In this document: piece by piece, positions 27,598 through 41,528 of the stretch | Numbering within the stretch: the stretch's first letter is position 1 | Layout of the letters: each line of letters opens with the position of its first letter | DNA from: Rhizophagus irregularis | Lineage: Eukaryota | Direction of reading: 5' to 3' | Length of the DNA: 64,000 bases | NCBI RefSeq assembly: GCF_026210795.1 | Contig: NC_089430.1 | Coordinates: 5,146,001 to 5,210,000, forward strand | Made by a program: the position numbers and the translations under genes | Notes under the pieces: generated by a model | What the model was told of the DNA's origin: nothing | Seen by the model: the letters and a program-made list of their open reading frames with translations, nothing else | Databases searched by the model: none

Positions 27598-28606
27598 TTG
27601 GTTATTAAGTTATTATCCCATCGATATAGTTGAAAGACGTGAATCCATTATATCCATTCCTGTAATTTTTATTCTTTATTTATCATATTTATATTATTTC
27701 TATTAATTATATTATTATTAGTCATAATTATATTATTTATTAGTCAAATTATTTTTATAAGTATTCTTTCAAAATGTTTTGATTTTTATATTCAATAATA
27801 ATTAAACTTTGAAATAAAAAGATAACTTTTGAAATTCAAAAGCATGCTCGCAATATATTGTGACTTCTACAATGTCATATGATGACGCATCATGACTTTT
27901 TGGAATATTTTTTTTTATAAATCTATTGTATATACTTACTGAACCAGCTTTGGCAGTAACCTCCACTTCAGGATACTATCCAAGAAAAAGTAACAAAATT
28001 TTCATAACATGGTATCATAATGATGATAATAATTATTAATAAAAAGTTTTTAAAAATGATAAAATAATATCAGACTTTGAAAGGAAATCATTTTTTTTTT
28101 TTTGAATTCTAAAAGACTCTCTAAAGATAGAAACAGCGTAACCTGTAACCTCTGAGGTCTGGTATAATTTTTTGTAGTTACAATTAAGATACGGTAATCA
28201 CGTTACATTTTACACCATGGAAAGAGTGTTACATGATTCTAATCACGTGTTAAATGTTGCGGAACCTTCGTTATAAAGAATCGCCAACTGTTACGTTTTT
28301 ACAATCTATGATCATGCCCTAATTTTTAAAAAGCAAATCTTAAACTTGTATTATTCGTAGTATTAGATGTTCAACTTTTTGTTGTTTTAAAAGAATCTTT
28401 ATAAGATCAACGAGTTGTATTATATCGTAAAATTATGTTTGTTTCTACAGTAGTACATTAAAAGGTTACGAAAAAAGTACATAATATTACAACAATAAGA
28501 AAACTTTTTTTTTTTGAAATAAAAGTATAGTTGTTTTATTTATATTTAATAAATTTTTTATTACTTTAACCATAATTACATATAATAAGAATAAATCCTT
28601 TGATCT

Positions 28607-30094
28607 TCAGATATTAGGCAAAGAATAAAATTGTGTTACATCTTGAACCCATTCAAATTCTTCAAATTTATGATACCAATTAAGATCAAATTTTTTAATA
28701 ATTCCTTTCGTTTCATATTTTTTAATTAGTGAGTTCAATCGTTTCATATACCATTGATGTTTATCTATAAAATTAACTAGGGAGATTTGTAATAGCATAG
28801 GTTGTCTATCATTCCAATTAATAAGAAATGATTCTAATAATTTAAAATTCAGTCTAAATTTTTCTGTAAAAATAAATTTAAATTTATACAAATTTAATGG
28901 TGATGATCTAGTTAATATTTCAAATACATCCTTATAATCAAAGCCTATTTCATAATCAATAACTAATCCATCTAAATATTGAGAATTAGCTAACAATCTT
29001 TCAAATTCAGTAAGAGCATAATCTTTAATTGGCAGCTTAATATACCTAAGATTTGGACAATTTTGATATATTGTTTGTGTAAGTTTTCTAATTTCATCAA
29101 ATACTTTTAACGAATCATGACGAATACTAATTGTAGTAAGTTGTACGTTTGAGGTTTCAATTAATCTTATCAAGTTTATATGTGAGGACAAATTAGCTTT
29201 TAAGATTTTTAAAGCAGGTAATGATGTTTCCTCCAATTGATTCAAATTTGGGTTTTCATAATTTTTAGATCGTCGAAAAAAGAAAGGTGTTTCCATATCT
29301 AGAATTTTTAAATTTACTAAATGTGAAAGAACTTTTGTAACAGGTTCCCAGTCTAAACGTAAATGTTGGATGGTATCTGCTTTTTTAATAAGTAATTCCT
29401 CAATAGTTTTCAATGCTTCATCATTATTACAAAGCATATGGATTTCATTCAAGTTTTTCTGAGCTTCAATTAATTTAACAATTCTAGAAATATCATTATT
29501 ATCCCTTGAAATACAACAAAAGAGTTTTTTAATTGATTTGCTTATTGTAGCTAATCCTTCCAAACTGTTTTGATGAAATTCATGACAACATAAATTTTTA
29601 AGATCTGAAAAGCATTGTTCATTCCATGAAATACGATATTTATAATAATTAATATTTTCTGGGATATGAAGTGAAATAAATTTTGTATATTTATTGATAA
29701 ATAAATTTAATAATTCGTTTTTTATCATAGAACTGGTTGATACTTCTAAAATTTTTAAATTTCTGGAAAATGTCTCTTCCAAAAGTTGTAAATCTAAATG
29801 TCTCCAGAAATTAATATAATTAAATGAAGTTGGTCGATAAGTTTCTATATAAAGATCAATCCCTTGTTTTTTCAGAATATCTTTTGAGTCTTTTGATAAA
29901 TGTAAAAGTATTACATTAAATAATTTATCCTCTGCTTTTTTAGTTAAAATCATTCGTCCAGGAATTTTCCATAATATTGGCACAGTCGCCTCACACCAAG
30001 ATTTGTTAACCAAAAGACATGAACAAAGCGACGTTATGTCATCTTGCAAATTTTCTGCTATTAAGATAAGTACGTCTTTGTTAAGCTTCAACAT
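28607..30094 (-). CDS. F-box / RNI-like LRR protein (about 495 aa, probable start MLKLNKD)
   Basis: LNKDVLILIAENL..SLCSCLLVNKSWCEATVPILWK (F-box-like), FNYINF, LxxL repeats, QNCPNLRYIKL. Single long exon. Confidence 0.85.
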   Translation of the reverse strand: MLKLNKDVLILIAENLQDDITSLCSCLLVNKSWCEATVPILWKIPGRMILTKKAEDKLFNVILLHLSKDSKDILKKQGIDLYIETYRPTSFNYINFWRHLDLQLLEETFSRNLKILEVSTSSMIKNELLNLFINKYTKFISLHIPENINYYKYRISWNEQCFSDLKNLCCHEFHQNSLEGLATISKSIKKLFCCISRDNNDISRIVKLIEAQKNLNEIHMLCNNDEALKTIEELLIKKADTIQHLRLDWEPVTKVLSHLVNLKILDMETPFFFRRSKNYENPNLNQLEETSLPALKILKANLSSHINLIRLIETSNVQLTTISIRHDSLKVFDEIRKLTQTIYQNCPNLRYIKLPIKDYALTEFERLLANSQYLDGLVIDYEIGFDYKDVFEILTRSSPLNLYKFKFIFTEKFRLNFKLLESFLINWNDRQPMLLQISLVNFIDKHQWYMKRLNSLIKKYETKGIIKKFDLNWYHKFEEFEWVQDVTQFYSLPNI

Positions 30095-31515
30095 TGGACA
30101 AGAGTAAACCCTGTAAAAAATTTTATTCAGAATTTCTGTAAAAAACTCCGTGAATATGATACATTTAAGAATAAATTTTTTTATAGGGAAATACAAGTAT
30201 CATTAATAATACTATATTTAGCTAAACAATTTGTCATATGTTCTCATAATAATGCATATTGCATAGTGAAAATATATGTGTTTAATAAAGATTGGTCCAC
30301 ATCAATACCTTATAACCGAATATTTCCGTTATCTCGTAAATAATTCCGTGAATCTAATTTTTTTCATTCTTTGAAGTTGTAAATTCACATGTAATGTAAC
30401 CATTAATAAATGTTGGTATTGTTCAGTCGATTAGGAAATATGCGCGATATAATTTATTATACCTTTTATAGTTTAATGTTTTTTCCCGAGGTACAGTAAA
30501 AATCTACAGCATGTGAAAATATGGTCAATCAAGTCATGTGATTTATAACAGTATAATCCTCGCCAAAATTTGTAATTTTGGCAATCTGGCCTAAATTATA
30601 TGTATTTTTTTCTTCCATTTTTCTGAAAACTGTATGTTAAACGAAAAATTGAATTAGTAATCAATTTATTTATTTTCATGGAAAAATTAAATGTTATTTG
30701 TAAATGACACACCAAATAAAGGAATATAAGCATAATTATTCAATGAAATTTTTGAAATTGAATTTTAACCCATTCAAACCTTCATGAATATTTGCAAAAC
30801 TAATAAAACATATTTTAATTTTTGCTTTATATTTTTTGGTTGAATTTCCTAATTGCTACTTCTAAAGATATAACCACATATATAAGTTTAAAATGGCTAA
30901 TATTTAAGAGTTTTGATAAATTATTTAAATAAGCATTTTAACATGAAGAGCACCATAGTGTATATTAATTTCAACATTTATGATTTTAATTAAACTTCAG
31001 ATGGAACTTCGCCGTTGAGTTTTAGATTTAACAAATAATTCTCTAAATTTAAAGCATTCCAATTTATGAATTTAATAGTATTAATTTTATTAATTTCTAA
31101 AATTCACAAGGTAATTTATGAAAGAAATCTCTTAAAGACACCCAATTAATGCTCGAATATCAGATAGTATCTGCATGTTTAATTAAGTAATTATTCAAGA
31201 AGTTTGTCAAACATTTTATTTCCTCTTGATATAAAAGTAACTTTACAGTTTTATCTTTGTACATCAATTAATTTACATAATTTTTATTCATATTTACATA
31301 TAATTTTCGATTTTTTAATTGATTCAATATTTAACAAAAATAAAGGGTGAAATGCGGTATATATTCATTTATTCATTTATTCTGTTTTTTAGTGCGTAGA
31401 ACGGAAATAAAACACTGAAACTGTCAGAAACTTAACAAATTATTGTTTGAAAACTTGACTATAAATCAACTCCAAGCACCCTAACCTAATTGCCTTACAG
31501 TCCTTTGGAAAGAAT

Positions 31516-31623
31516 CCCTATAAAAAATTTTCTGGGAAAATTACGATAAATGATCGTTTTTCTAGTTTTCATTCCAAAAAAGCTCCGATATGTGATCAAT
31601 TTTCTAAAAAATTTTTTATAGGG
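31516..31623. mobile_element. MITE with CCC termini (CACTA/CMC-like), copy 2
   Basis: ccctataaaaaattt...aaattttttataggg with AAT TSD. Homologous to 5039-5147. Confidence 0.75.
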
Positions 31624-32586
31624 AATGCTGCCTCCTACCACTTGATCAGATCAATTCTCCCTACTCGAAGAAATAATGATAGAGTGATCACGTTCGAGAA
31701 TGTACTGGTGAAAATAAAAAAATCATTTCTATAAAATATCTGGCGATCGTTATGTAGAACATAGTACGATATTCATCTCAGAAATATAAATACAGGAATA
31801 AAGCGTGGCTACTTATTTACTGTATATTAATTCTGATTAAGTTACAGTCCACTCGCTTTACAACGAATTTTGATTTAATGAATTTCTTAATATTAGCGAA
31901 CCTTTGGTGTTGTTCATATAAAAAATCTTGTTATACTGAAGATTACTAGTAAAATGCTGTATACCGTTTAATGAAGTAAGTCTATAACCAGTATAAAATG
32001 GCTCTCTCTTATTATATCGGATTTTTTTTATAACTGAACGAATTATTATTTAATTTAACGAAGATATTTTGTGTGACATGCGTTATCCATAATATAAGTA
32101 TTATATAATTTGCCGCAATATTAACGAAGGCCTGATTGGCCAAACCACTCATTTCGTTATAAAGCGAGTAGACTATACCTTTTCCCGAAATTAAAATCGA
32201 ATCTGTCATGCCAATTATAAAAAATTTATGTATATAACAAATAAGCTCTTTGAAATATTTACAATTCAATTTGATAATAAATTTAAGAATTTTTTTTATG
32301 TATTTGGTGTATTTAGTCAATAAAATAACAAATCAACAAAATTTATTAAAAAAACTAACGTTGAATAAATGATAGAAAAAATAAACTTATATAATATTTT
32401 AAAAATCAGGTATACTGGTATATACAGATAAATACATTCAAAACTTTATATACTAAATATAACAATATAATAAAATGAAATAGAATTAATAAACGAAATA
32501 AGAAATATACAATTGAAAGAAAATATGGTTCTTGAGTGATTCTTGTTCAAAATTATTTCTAAAGTCCTCTGATTTAAGTTCCCAGA

Positions 32587-35500
32587 TCAATCATCCGGAA
32601 TAATATTAATTTGTAAGGATTCTATTTAATGGATTAAAATTTTATTAGTATTGTTGTATATAATTTGAATACATTTAATATATTTAATATATTTAGTGAT
32701 AAAATTAATCAATACCTGTGTATTCTGTATGTTCTGGATTTTCTACATTTATTGTATTATCATTAATTTTCAATCGAGAAATATCAATTTGCAAGGAATC
32801 TACTTAAAAATTTTATTAGTAATTTCTTTTCACAACTAATTTGAATAATTTTTCTATAATCAATACCTGAAAATTCCGTGCTTATTATATTATCATTTTG
32901 TTTATAATAATCATCAGAATTTTTTGGTTCAGGAAGATTATTATAACTAAGTAATCTGCTCGAGTAAACAGCTTCTGAATGTGTATTATATGATAATCTT
33001 AAACTTGTTGAAGGTACTATGCTAACTGATAGATTTTTGTTTATTTCATCTGCTTCTTCAACTTGCCTTTGTAATTCTGTATTTTTATCATCTCGCTCAT
33101 CATGCCACTTACGTAATACTTTGTAAATTTCATTTGCTGTCGGTCGATTTAATGGGTTTGCATCTAAGCATCTTTTAATTAAATGCACAATTAATTGAGG
33201 TACTTTCATGTTAAACCTTGGTCTATGTCCATTACAAATTCTTATTGATAAATTTATATCATGACTTATGTCATTATATGGAGGCAATCCAGAAATTACC
33301 TCATACATAATTATACCAAAACTATAAACATCAGCGGCTTTGGTATAATTTTGTCCTCGCAGTATTTCAGGAGCTATATAGGATAAGTTGCCATATATAC
33401 TGTTTATTGCATTTTCCGATGCATTGTAGTTGGCAGGTTTACATAATCCCATATCAGTTATATAAATATGTGCACAGTTCTCATAAAGTATATTACTAAT
33501 ATGTAAATCTCGATGAACCAATTCGTTCCTATGAATAAGATTAAGTCCATATGCAATGATCCATAAGCAATTAAGCTTATCATACCAATTTAATTTGCAA
33601 TAACTTTCATTTAAAAACTTTCGTAAATTTCCATTTTCTACAAAATGCATTACCATTATATAATCTTTCGTTTCTGGATTTTGAGTTATTCCGTAAAATT
33701 TAATAACAGAATTTAGTAGTTCATTTACTTTGTAATGTGATGTAATCTACAATCAAATAAATCAAATAAAATACGTTAGTAAAAAATTCAAATTGTAAAA
33801 ACTTAGAAATAACAAGTTACTACCTCGTTCATGAATTCTAATGTAACATTTTCTGAATTATTTAAACTCTTCAGAGCAACGAATTTATATTGATCTTTTC
33901 TTCTCCAATTTTGTTCTTTAATATCCCAATACCATATATATCCATCAATCCAACTTGCTCTATATATTTTGCCAAACCCGCCTTTTGCAATATATGTAAT
34001 ATCGTTAAATCTATGATAAGGTATCCATTCTATTGCTCTTGATGCTTCATAATCAGAATGTACTGATAGCTGAGCATCTTGAATAAATTTATCAATATCA
34101 TGGTTACCACTGGTCCAATTTTCAAAATTTTTTTGAAAACGTGTTGCAACACATGTATAGTTACATTTTTCACATATATAACACAAAACCATCATATAAT
34201 TTCCAATTTTCGGATCTTGAGTTATTCCGTAGACCTTATGGAGTGCTTTAATCTACAAACGTAAAAACAAATTAAACCATTAGTAAGTGATAAAATTATT
34301 AAAATTTCATTAAATATTATAATTTATTATACCTCATTTATAAATTCTGATGTAATATCTTCTAAATTACTGCTTAAACTTTTCAGAATGACTAACATAT
34401 TATGGCCTTTTCTATTCCAAATTTGATTATAATCATCCCATTTATTTATGTACCCATCAATCCAATTTGCTCTAAACTTGCCTTCTACAATATATTTAAT
34501 CTCAACTAATTTATCATAAGGTATCCATTCTAATGCATTTAAAATTTCACTATTTTTATGAGCCGATAGCTGAGTTTTTTGAATATATTTATCAATATCG
34601 TTATTGCCGCTTGTCCAATTTTCGAAATTTTGTTGAAAATGTATTGTGTTACATGCATAATAACATTTTTTACATCTATCACCCAAAACTACCACATAAT
34701 TTTTTGTTTCCGGATCCTGAGTTATCCCATAAAATCTATGTCCTTTTATAATCTACAAAATGTAATAATATATTAAAAAAAAACAATATATTTAAAATAT
34801 TACTAAATAATCTTATTATACCTTTTGTGTAAATTCTAATGTAAAATTTTTCGGAGTATTCAAACTCTTCAATTTCACAAACATATTGTGACCTTCTCTT
34901 TCCCAATTTTGATTTTTAGAATCCCAATAACTTATAAATCCATCAATCCAATTTGCTCTATATACTTTACCAAACTCATCTTTTGTAATATATTTTATAT
35001 TATACAATCTATCATAAGGTATCCATTCTAATGTATTTTTTACTTCATAGAATGCATGTTCTGATAGCTGAGTATCTTGAATAAAATTATCAATATCATT
35101 ATTACCGCTAGTCCAATTATCAAAATTTTGTTGAAAGTGCATTGCATTACATATAGAATTGCATTTTTTGCATATATCATTCAAAACTATCATATACATT
35201 GTTGTTTCTGGATCCTGAGTTATTCCATATAATTTATGATCCATTTTAATCTACAAATTTAATAATGCGTTAATAAAATTAAAAATCTCAATTTATATTG
35301 AGTAAAAACTTTGTCATACCTTATTCATAAATTCTAACGTAATATCTTTTGAATTATTTAAACTTTTCAAATTCACGAACATATTTTGGCCATATCTTTC
35401 CCAATCTTGATTTTCATTATGCAAAAGATTTTCATATATTCGGTCTATATATCCATCAATCCAATTTGCTCTATACACTTTACCAAACTTATCTTCTGTA

Positions 35501-35712
35501 ATATATTTGATATCATAAAATCTATCGTAAGATATCCATTCTAATGCATTACTTAGATCATATTTACTATGAACTGATAGCTGAGAATCTTGAATAATTT
35601 TATCAATATCATTATTGCCACTAGTCCAATTTTTGAAGTTTTGCTGAAAACGTATTGCGTGACATACTTGATTACATTGGTTACATTTCTTAATTAGCCC
35701 AAAAGAATCCAT
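32587..35712 (-). CDS. TKL-type kinase with 4 tandem Cys-knuckle/N-lobe modules and one C-lobe (gene A, about 889 aa)
   Basis: Exons 35712-35320, 35250-34822, 34752-34333, 34252-33824 (all phase 0), 33746-32867, 32799-32716, 32621-32587. Last module has GGFGKIY and VALK; C-lobe has HRDLHISN, DMG, APE. Confidence 0.85.
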
Positions 35713-37304
35713 GAGACTTATTACAAACTTAAATGAACTCAGTTTAATAGGATAATTAAATATAAAATGGATAAAAAAAAAATTTGTGTAGGTTTAAAAA
35801 ATAAAGAGCGGAGAAAAAATATTGTTTCTGTCCGAGTCCATATACGTTAACAATTACGTGTTGTATATCATGTGACTTCAGTACATATTGTGTGATTACC
35901 TTGAAAGGATAGTTCTTCCTTTCAAATCATCAAATTTACTAAATTTACTTATAATTTAACTAATATAAGTTAGCTATAATATATTTCAATACTGTACTTC
36001 AAAATGTTTAACTCCTTATTTTTTTTAGCCATAGAATTCCTATTGCGTATAGGAAAGATGGACCAATTTAACATGATTACGAATATAATTGGTTATCGAT
36101 ATATAAAATTTGTTTGTCATACGCTCAACTAAACTTACTTTTCGTTTCTGGTATAGTAATTTCTTCAATTTTCGGAAAATCAATTATACTGTTTTTTTTT
36201 AAGGTAAATGAAACGCAAATCCTTTGAATTGTGGGAATTTCTTTCTCTTTTATGCCTTTTATGGAAACATTAATAATAATTAATTGATTTTTTTTTTTAT
36301 TTTTTTTTGTCATTGTATTTTATTCAATTTTTTTTATAATTGTGTAACGAAGTATAACTCTTTAGAATTCCATATGATCAAAACAAAAAAATTCTAATTT
36401 GTTAATTGACCTTTTTGAAGACGCAGTAATTGACGCAGTAATTGACGCAGTAATTCCTTATTAAAACAACTTGTTGTAATAGTAACTTTTATTTATACTT
36501 GCTGTATTATTAAACAATTTATTTTTAATTATGAAAAACTTTCTTGTTCTAAAAAGTAATTAATTTTAATTTTTTAAAATGGAGAAATTTTCTCGTTCTA
36601 AAATGAAAAATTTTTTTTTTGTTGATAAAAAAAAAATTTAATTATTTCTTCGGTACTAGTGTGTTATAATAAAGGAAAAGAATTTGTTGCTAAATATATT
36701 CAAAAGTATTACATATATTTATTGAAAGGATATCAATCTCATATTGGAAAAAGTAATTACAGTTGTGTTCTGATTCTGAAAGATGAACGTTTTGACAAAA
36801 AAAAAATAAAAATAAAAATATTAAACTAAAATTCATATTTGAGCTTTTAGAATGACGCCTTTAGAACTAATTCTATTTTAAATCTTAAATTCTTGATGAA
36901 TCAATTTATTGTTTGTTCATTTGATTAATTTATTACTAAGATATTAAGATATTGTAAGTTTTGTATTTTCCTCTCTCTTATTATAGTCAATTATTCCTAG
37001 TAAATTATATTATGACCTTATAATTTTTTTATAATTATAATAGTTTCATTTTGTACGAAAGTTAAAGTTACTAATGCAACATGGTGTCAATTATATTGTT
37101 TAGTAGAAAATGAAGTGAACGAAACGAAGGTCATGCGGGGCATAGGAATTAATATTAATGCATATGTATATATAATTTTTCAAAATAAATATAATAAAAT
37201 ATTACATAAAAAGAAGGCGCCCTTCTTTTTAAGCTTTACTCCTAATATTAAAATACGAAAAGTTACCGATAAATCATTTAACTGTAGTCTCCCCGAGTGG
37301 AATT

Positions 37305-39530
37305 AAATGCAGAAACGTATTAGGATCATTTATTGAATTTCGGTTCGTTATTGTAATTTATTACATATCTTTCATAAAAAATTATACACCTATAAATCTG
37401 ACGATCCCAAATCAGATCTTGATAGAGCATTTGGTGTATCTTAAATGAATTTTGGCCCGTTGAGATACTGTATCCTCAATCCTGTTTGCTAATCAAAAAT
37501 TTAGGATCATGATGTCTGCATTGTGCAAGTAAAGTGAAACTTACTCTTGAAGATGATAAGAAAATTAAGAAATTGCTAATGTCTTCCAGTATATTAACAA
37601 TGTGCATTAGTGATAATTCATGTTACGCAATGTAAAATATCATGTAGGTGGCAGGCAGGTCTGGTTAGCAAAAAAAATAATGTAAACGCAAATACAATCT
37701 TTATTATAAGTTGTTATTCCATATTAATTCTGTTAGTAAAGTAAATATTGGGAAAATTTGTGTAAAGATTATGAACTTGAAAATATGCTAGTGCCCTAAA
37801 CCAGTTGTCACGAATATGGCATAATACAATATAATGGCCATTAGGTAGAACGAAATCATATAGGCCATTTTCTTTTGGAACGATATCAAAAACCTTAACC
37901 AGAGGGTGTAATCTATTTCCTCCTATTTGAAATCTTCTGATCCTATAATTGACCAGCCGTATTCAGATCATTCAACATTTGTATCGTGTATCCTTGATAA
38001 AATTGGAAACACCGTCGGGTCCAGCTGTTTTATCACAATATTGGCGGTCGTAACCTCCGGTGCTCTTGGTGGAAGTTCTAAAATAGCGTTCCGACTTCCG
38101 ACCATTCCGTCCTGGTCTCCTTATTCCTTTCCAGATCTTCTGTAAAAAGTTCCTCCAGCAATATGTTTTCCGCCATTGTCAACGTTGTTTCCTCCGGTTC
38201 CTTAAGAATTAATAATTTCGAGTTTTTTGATTAAACATTATTATATAAAAGTATAACATAAATCAGGGAATTACCAACTGATCCTGAGTAAGTACGTACA
38301 TTTTGGTTTAAAAATAATAATACTTCCTCGTGCTTTTTATACGGTTCCCTTGCTTCAATCCACTTGGCTAATTCAGTCTGATTAATAGATGCCTTCAACT
38401 CTTTCTTTAGCTTTTTTTACTTCTTCTAATTCTTTAGACATTTATACGTAGCCATTTTGTAAGTAGACGTCTTATAAGTAGACATGAGAGTTAAAATGAT
38501 GCAGTTAGCAAAAGCCAATCATTTTATATGCAGATCAAATCAGATGAAGCTCAGCCAATAATTTTATTAATTTTGAATTCTTGTAATCTATATTTGGAAA
38601 AAAATTTGTAAAACTTAATAGCAATTCCTTATTCGTTTGATTGAACTACCACAGTAAGATCAATAAAGTAAACTATGTGTCATCAGAAGCCTATCATCAC
38701 GTGTCCACATCATCCACATCACTATCCACATCATTATACAGAAATAAATATATTCCAGTCAGTGAAGAACATTCGACCGAAAAAACTCAAAAATTTTTAG
38801 ACTAATAATATATTTCTTATGTTCAATGGATGAAACTTATTGATGAATGAGTCAAAAGGTCGGGTATTTCGTGTGTTACACAAAGAATCAGACAAATCAA
38901 ATAAACACCGGTGAAGTAATCGATTGAGGCGATACAGAAAATTTAGACCACGGTCTTAACGGTTGCGTTGCAATTAGCGACAAAACGGTTGTTTTGACGT
39001 TTAAGTACGAAATTTTCCTCGAAGCATCCCTATGAAACACGTTTCCGCAAGTAATACAGTGAATGCCTCAGTTAATGGCTTCCCGATAGTAAAACGATGG
39101 ATTATGTTATTAATATGGACCTGCAGAAAAATATTACGAGATAAATGTTTCATTTTAACAAAATAGGCCAGCAGTCATTTTTATTACACATAAAACCCTA
39201 AATATTTTATTTAACTCTATTAAGAAAAAAAAAATCGAATCTAAAATATCGATATTTTTTTTTTTTCCATTGGTATGAAAGTAATAATAAAAAAATCAAA
39301 ATTATCTTTTTTATTCAGTTGAAAAAGTACTCATTTCGGCAGATTTATGAAATTAAGCAAAAATATTCGCTGCTACAGTGCTACCCACCCTGAGTTGAAC
39401 TGATAATAAATATTAGCTATCCTAAATGCAGAATGCATTAGTCATTTTTTGAGTTTCGATTCGTTATTGTAATTTATTTCAAAAAATTATGTACCCACAA
39501 ATCTCACAATCCTAAATCAAATCTTGTTAG
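37305..39530. repeat. pair of about 110-bp imperfect direct repeats (37305-37425 and 39424-39530)
   Basis: Both read aaatgcagaa..ttcgttattgtaatttatt..aaaaaattat..aaatct..atcttg.tag. Confidence 0.65.
37790..38456 (-). pseudogene. unidentified degenerate coding remnant
   Basis: GC-richer, codon-like segments (LKKELKASINQTELAKWIEAREP; AILELPPRAPEV; LHPLVKVFDIVP) with stops and intron-like gaps. No family recognised. Confidence 0.3.
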
Positions 39531-40028
39531 TCTAAGAATTGGCTAATATGTCATTCATTATGAACTGTAGAATAACTACACAGTAAATCCTGCTCATTAC
39601 TTATTTTACATTAAATTCCTTAAATTGCATATACAAATTTGTTTATTTAGTTAAAAAATATAAAATAAATAATTATATACATGATATTAACATAATAATT
39701 TTAATGTTACTATTTATAGCCTACTTACTATTCACAATTATTTTGTTTCGCTAACGTTAACGAAAAGTAAAAAACCACCAACGCTTTTAAAGTATACACT
39801 ATATATATTCTTTTCGCTTTGTGTTCTTAGGAAAGCAGACAATAAAGTGAATAAACAAATAATAAATTGTAATTATAATACAATATTAACCTTAACAGCT
39901 AAGATAATATAATATAAATTACTTAATATACAAGAAATAGCTTTAGACCATAGGCGTCTTAGGGAAAAGGTTTCGCCTCTACCATTCTCTTTTCCAATAC
40001 TATTCCTCCAGTCGTGGATTTTAACGTA

Positions 40029-41528
40029 TTAAGAAATATCGATATCGATTCGTAAAGATTCTATTTAATGAAATAAATTTTATTAGTATTTTTAAAAAAT
40101 TTTTTTTTTTTAAATGATACTAATTTGTCAATACCTAAACATTCTCCGCTTATTATATTGTCACATCGTTCATAATAATCGTCAGAATTTTTTGGTTCAG
40201 GAAGATTATCAATACTAAGTAATCTACTTGCATAAATAGCTTCTGAATGTGTCTCATATGATAAAGGGGATAAGGATGTATTATTTTTTGGGAATTTATT
40301 ATTATTAATATTATCCGCTTCTACAATTTGGTTCTGTAATCTTATATTATCATCAAAATAAATGTACCAATTAGATAAAATTTTTTCAATTTCATCTGTT
40401 GTTGGTCGATTTAATGGATTTGCATCCAAGCATCTTTTAATTAAATGCACAATTAATTGAGGTACTTTAATATTATTAAATCTTGGTCTAAGTCCTAGAC
40501 AAATTCTCATCGCTAAATTTTCATCATGACTCAAATTATGGTATGGAGGTAATCCAGAAATTATTTCATACATAACTATACCAAAACTATAAATATCAGC
40601 AGCTTTGGTATAATTTTTTCCTCGTAAGATTTCAGGAGCAATATAAGGTAAAACACCATATATACTGTTTTTCGATGTATAACAATCTGCAGGTTTACAT
40701 AACCCCATATCAGTTATGTATATACCATCCATATCACCCATATGAAGTATATTTCCAATATGTAAATCTCGATGAATTAACCCATTTTTATGAATATGAT
40801 CAAGTCCAAATGCAATATACCATAAATAAATGATCTTAATTTTCCAATTTAATTCATTATAACTTTTATCTAAATAATTTCTTAAACTACCATTCTTTGC
40901 ATAATCCAAGACCATCATATAATTTTTCGTTTCCGGATCTTGAGTTATTCCATGAAATTTATTAATATAAGCAAAATCACTACTTAATTTATGATGTAAT
41001 GTAATCTACACATATTATTAAATATATTAACGTAAGTAAAATAAAAATAAAAAATTTTTTTTTTTTTAAAAATAATAAAAATTAAAATTTTTATAATACC
41101 TCATTCATAAATTCCAATGTAACATTTTTTGAATCATTTATACTTTTCAACGCCACAAATTCATTTTGATTATTTCTATTCCAACTTTGATTATTAATAT
41201 CCCATTTATTCATATGTCCATCAATCCAATTTGCTCTATAAACTTTACCAAATCCACCTTTTGCAATAAATTTAATATCATAAAATTTATCATAAGGTAT
41301 CCATTCTAATGCATATGATTCTCCAATAACAATATGTGAGCATATTTGAGTCTCTACAATAAATTCATCAATACAATTATTACCACTAGTCCAATTATTG
41401 AAATTTTGTTTAAAATGATTTACATTGCATCTAATACCAAAACGGTCACATTGTTCACATATTTCATTATATTTTTTATTATGAGGTAACTTAATTAACT
41501 TTTTAACATTTTTTATAAAACGATTCAT
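40029..41528 (-). CDS. TKL-type kinase with a single Cys-knuckle/N-lobe module (gene B, about 443 aa)
   Basis: Exons 41528-41100, 41005-40135, 40060-40029. CEQC..C..H, WTSGN, LEWIP, GGFGKVY, VALK, HRDLHIGN, DMG, APE. Confidence 0.9.

Noticed and set aside
30095..30196. N-terminal extension of the F-box ORF given in the ORF track
   Set aside because: It begins at TTG in intron-like sequence ending in cag at about 30112. The F-box-like motif starts at the ATG at 30094.
31843..31990. pogo/Tigger-like terminus cagtccactcgctttacaacga (related ends near 6030 and 51330)
   Set aside because: No convincing matching second terminus, so these are only fragments.
36419..36454. (gacgcagtaatt)x3
   Set aside because: Short local tandem repeat with no further structure.
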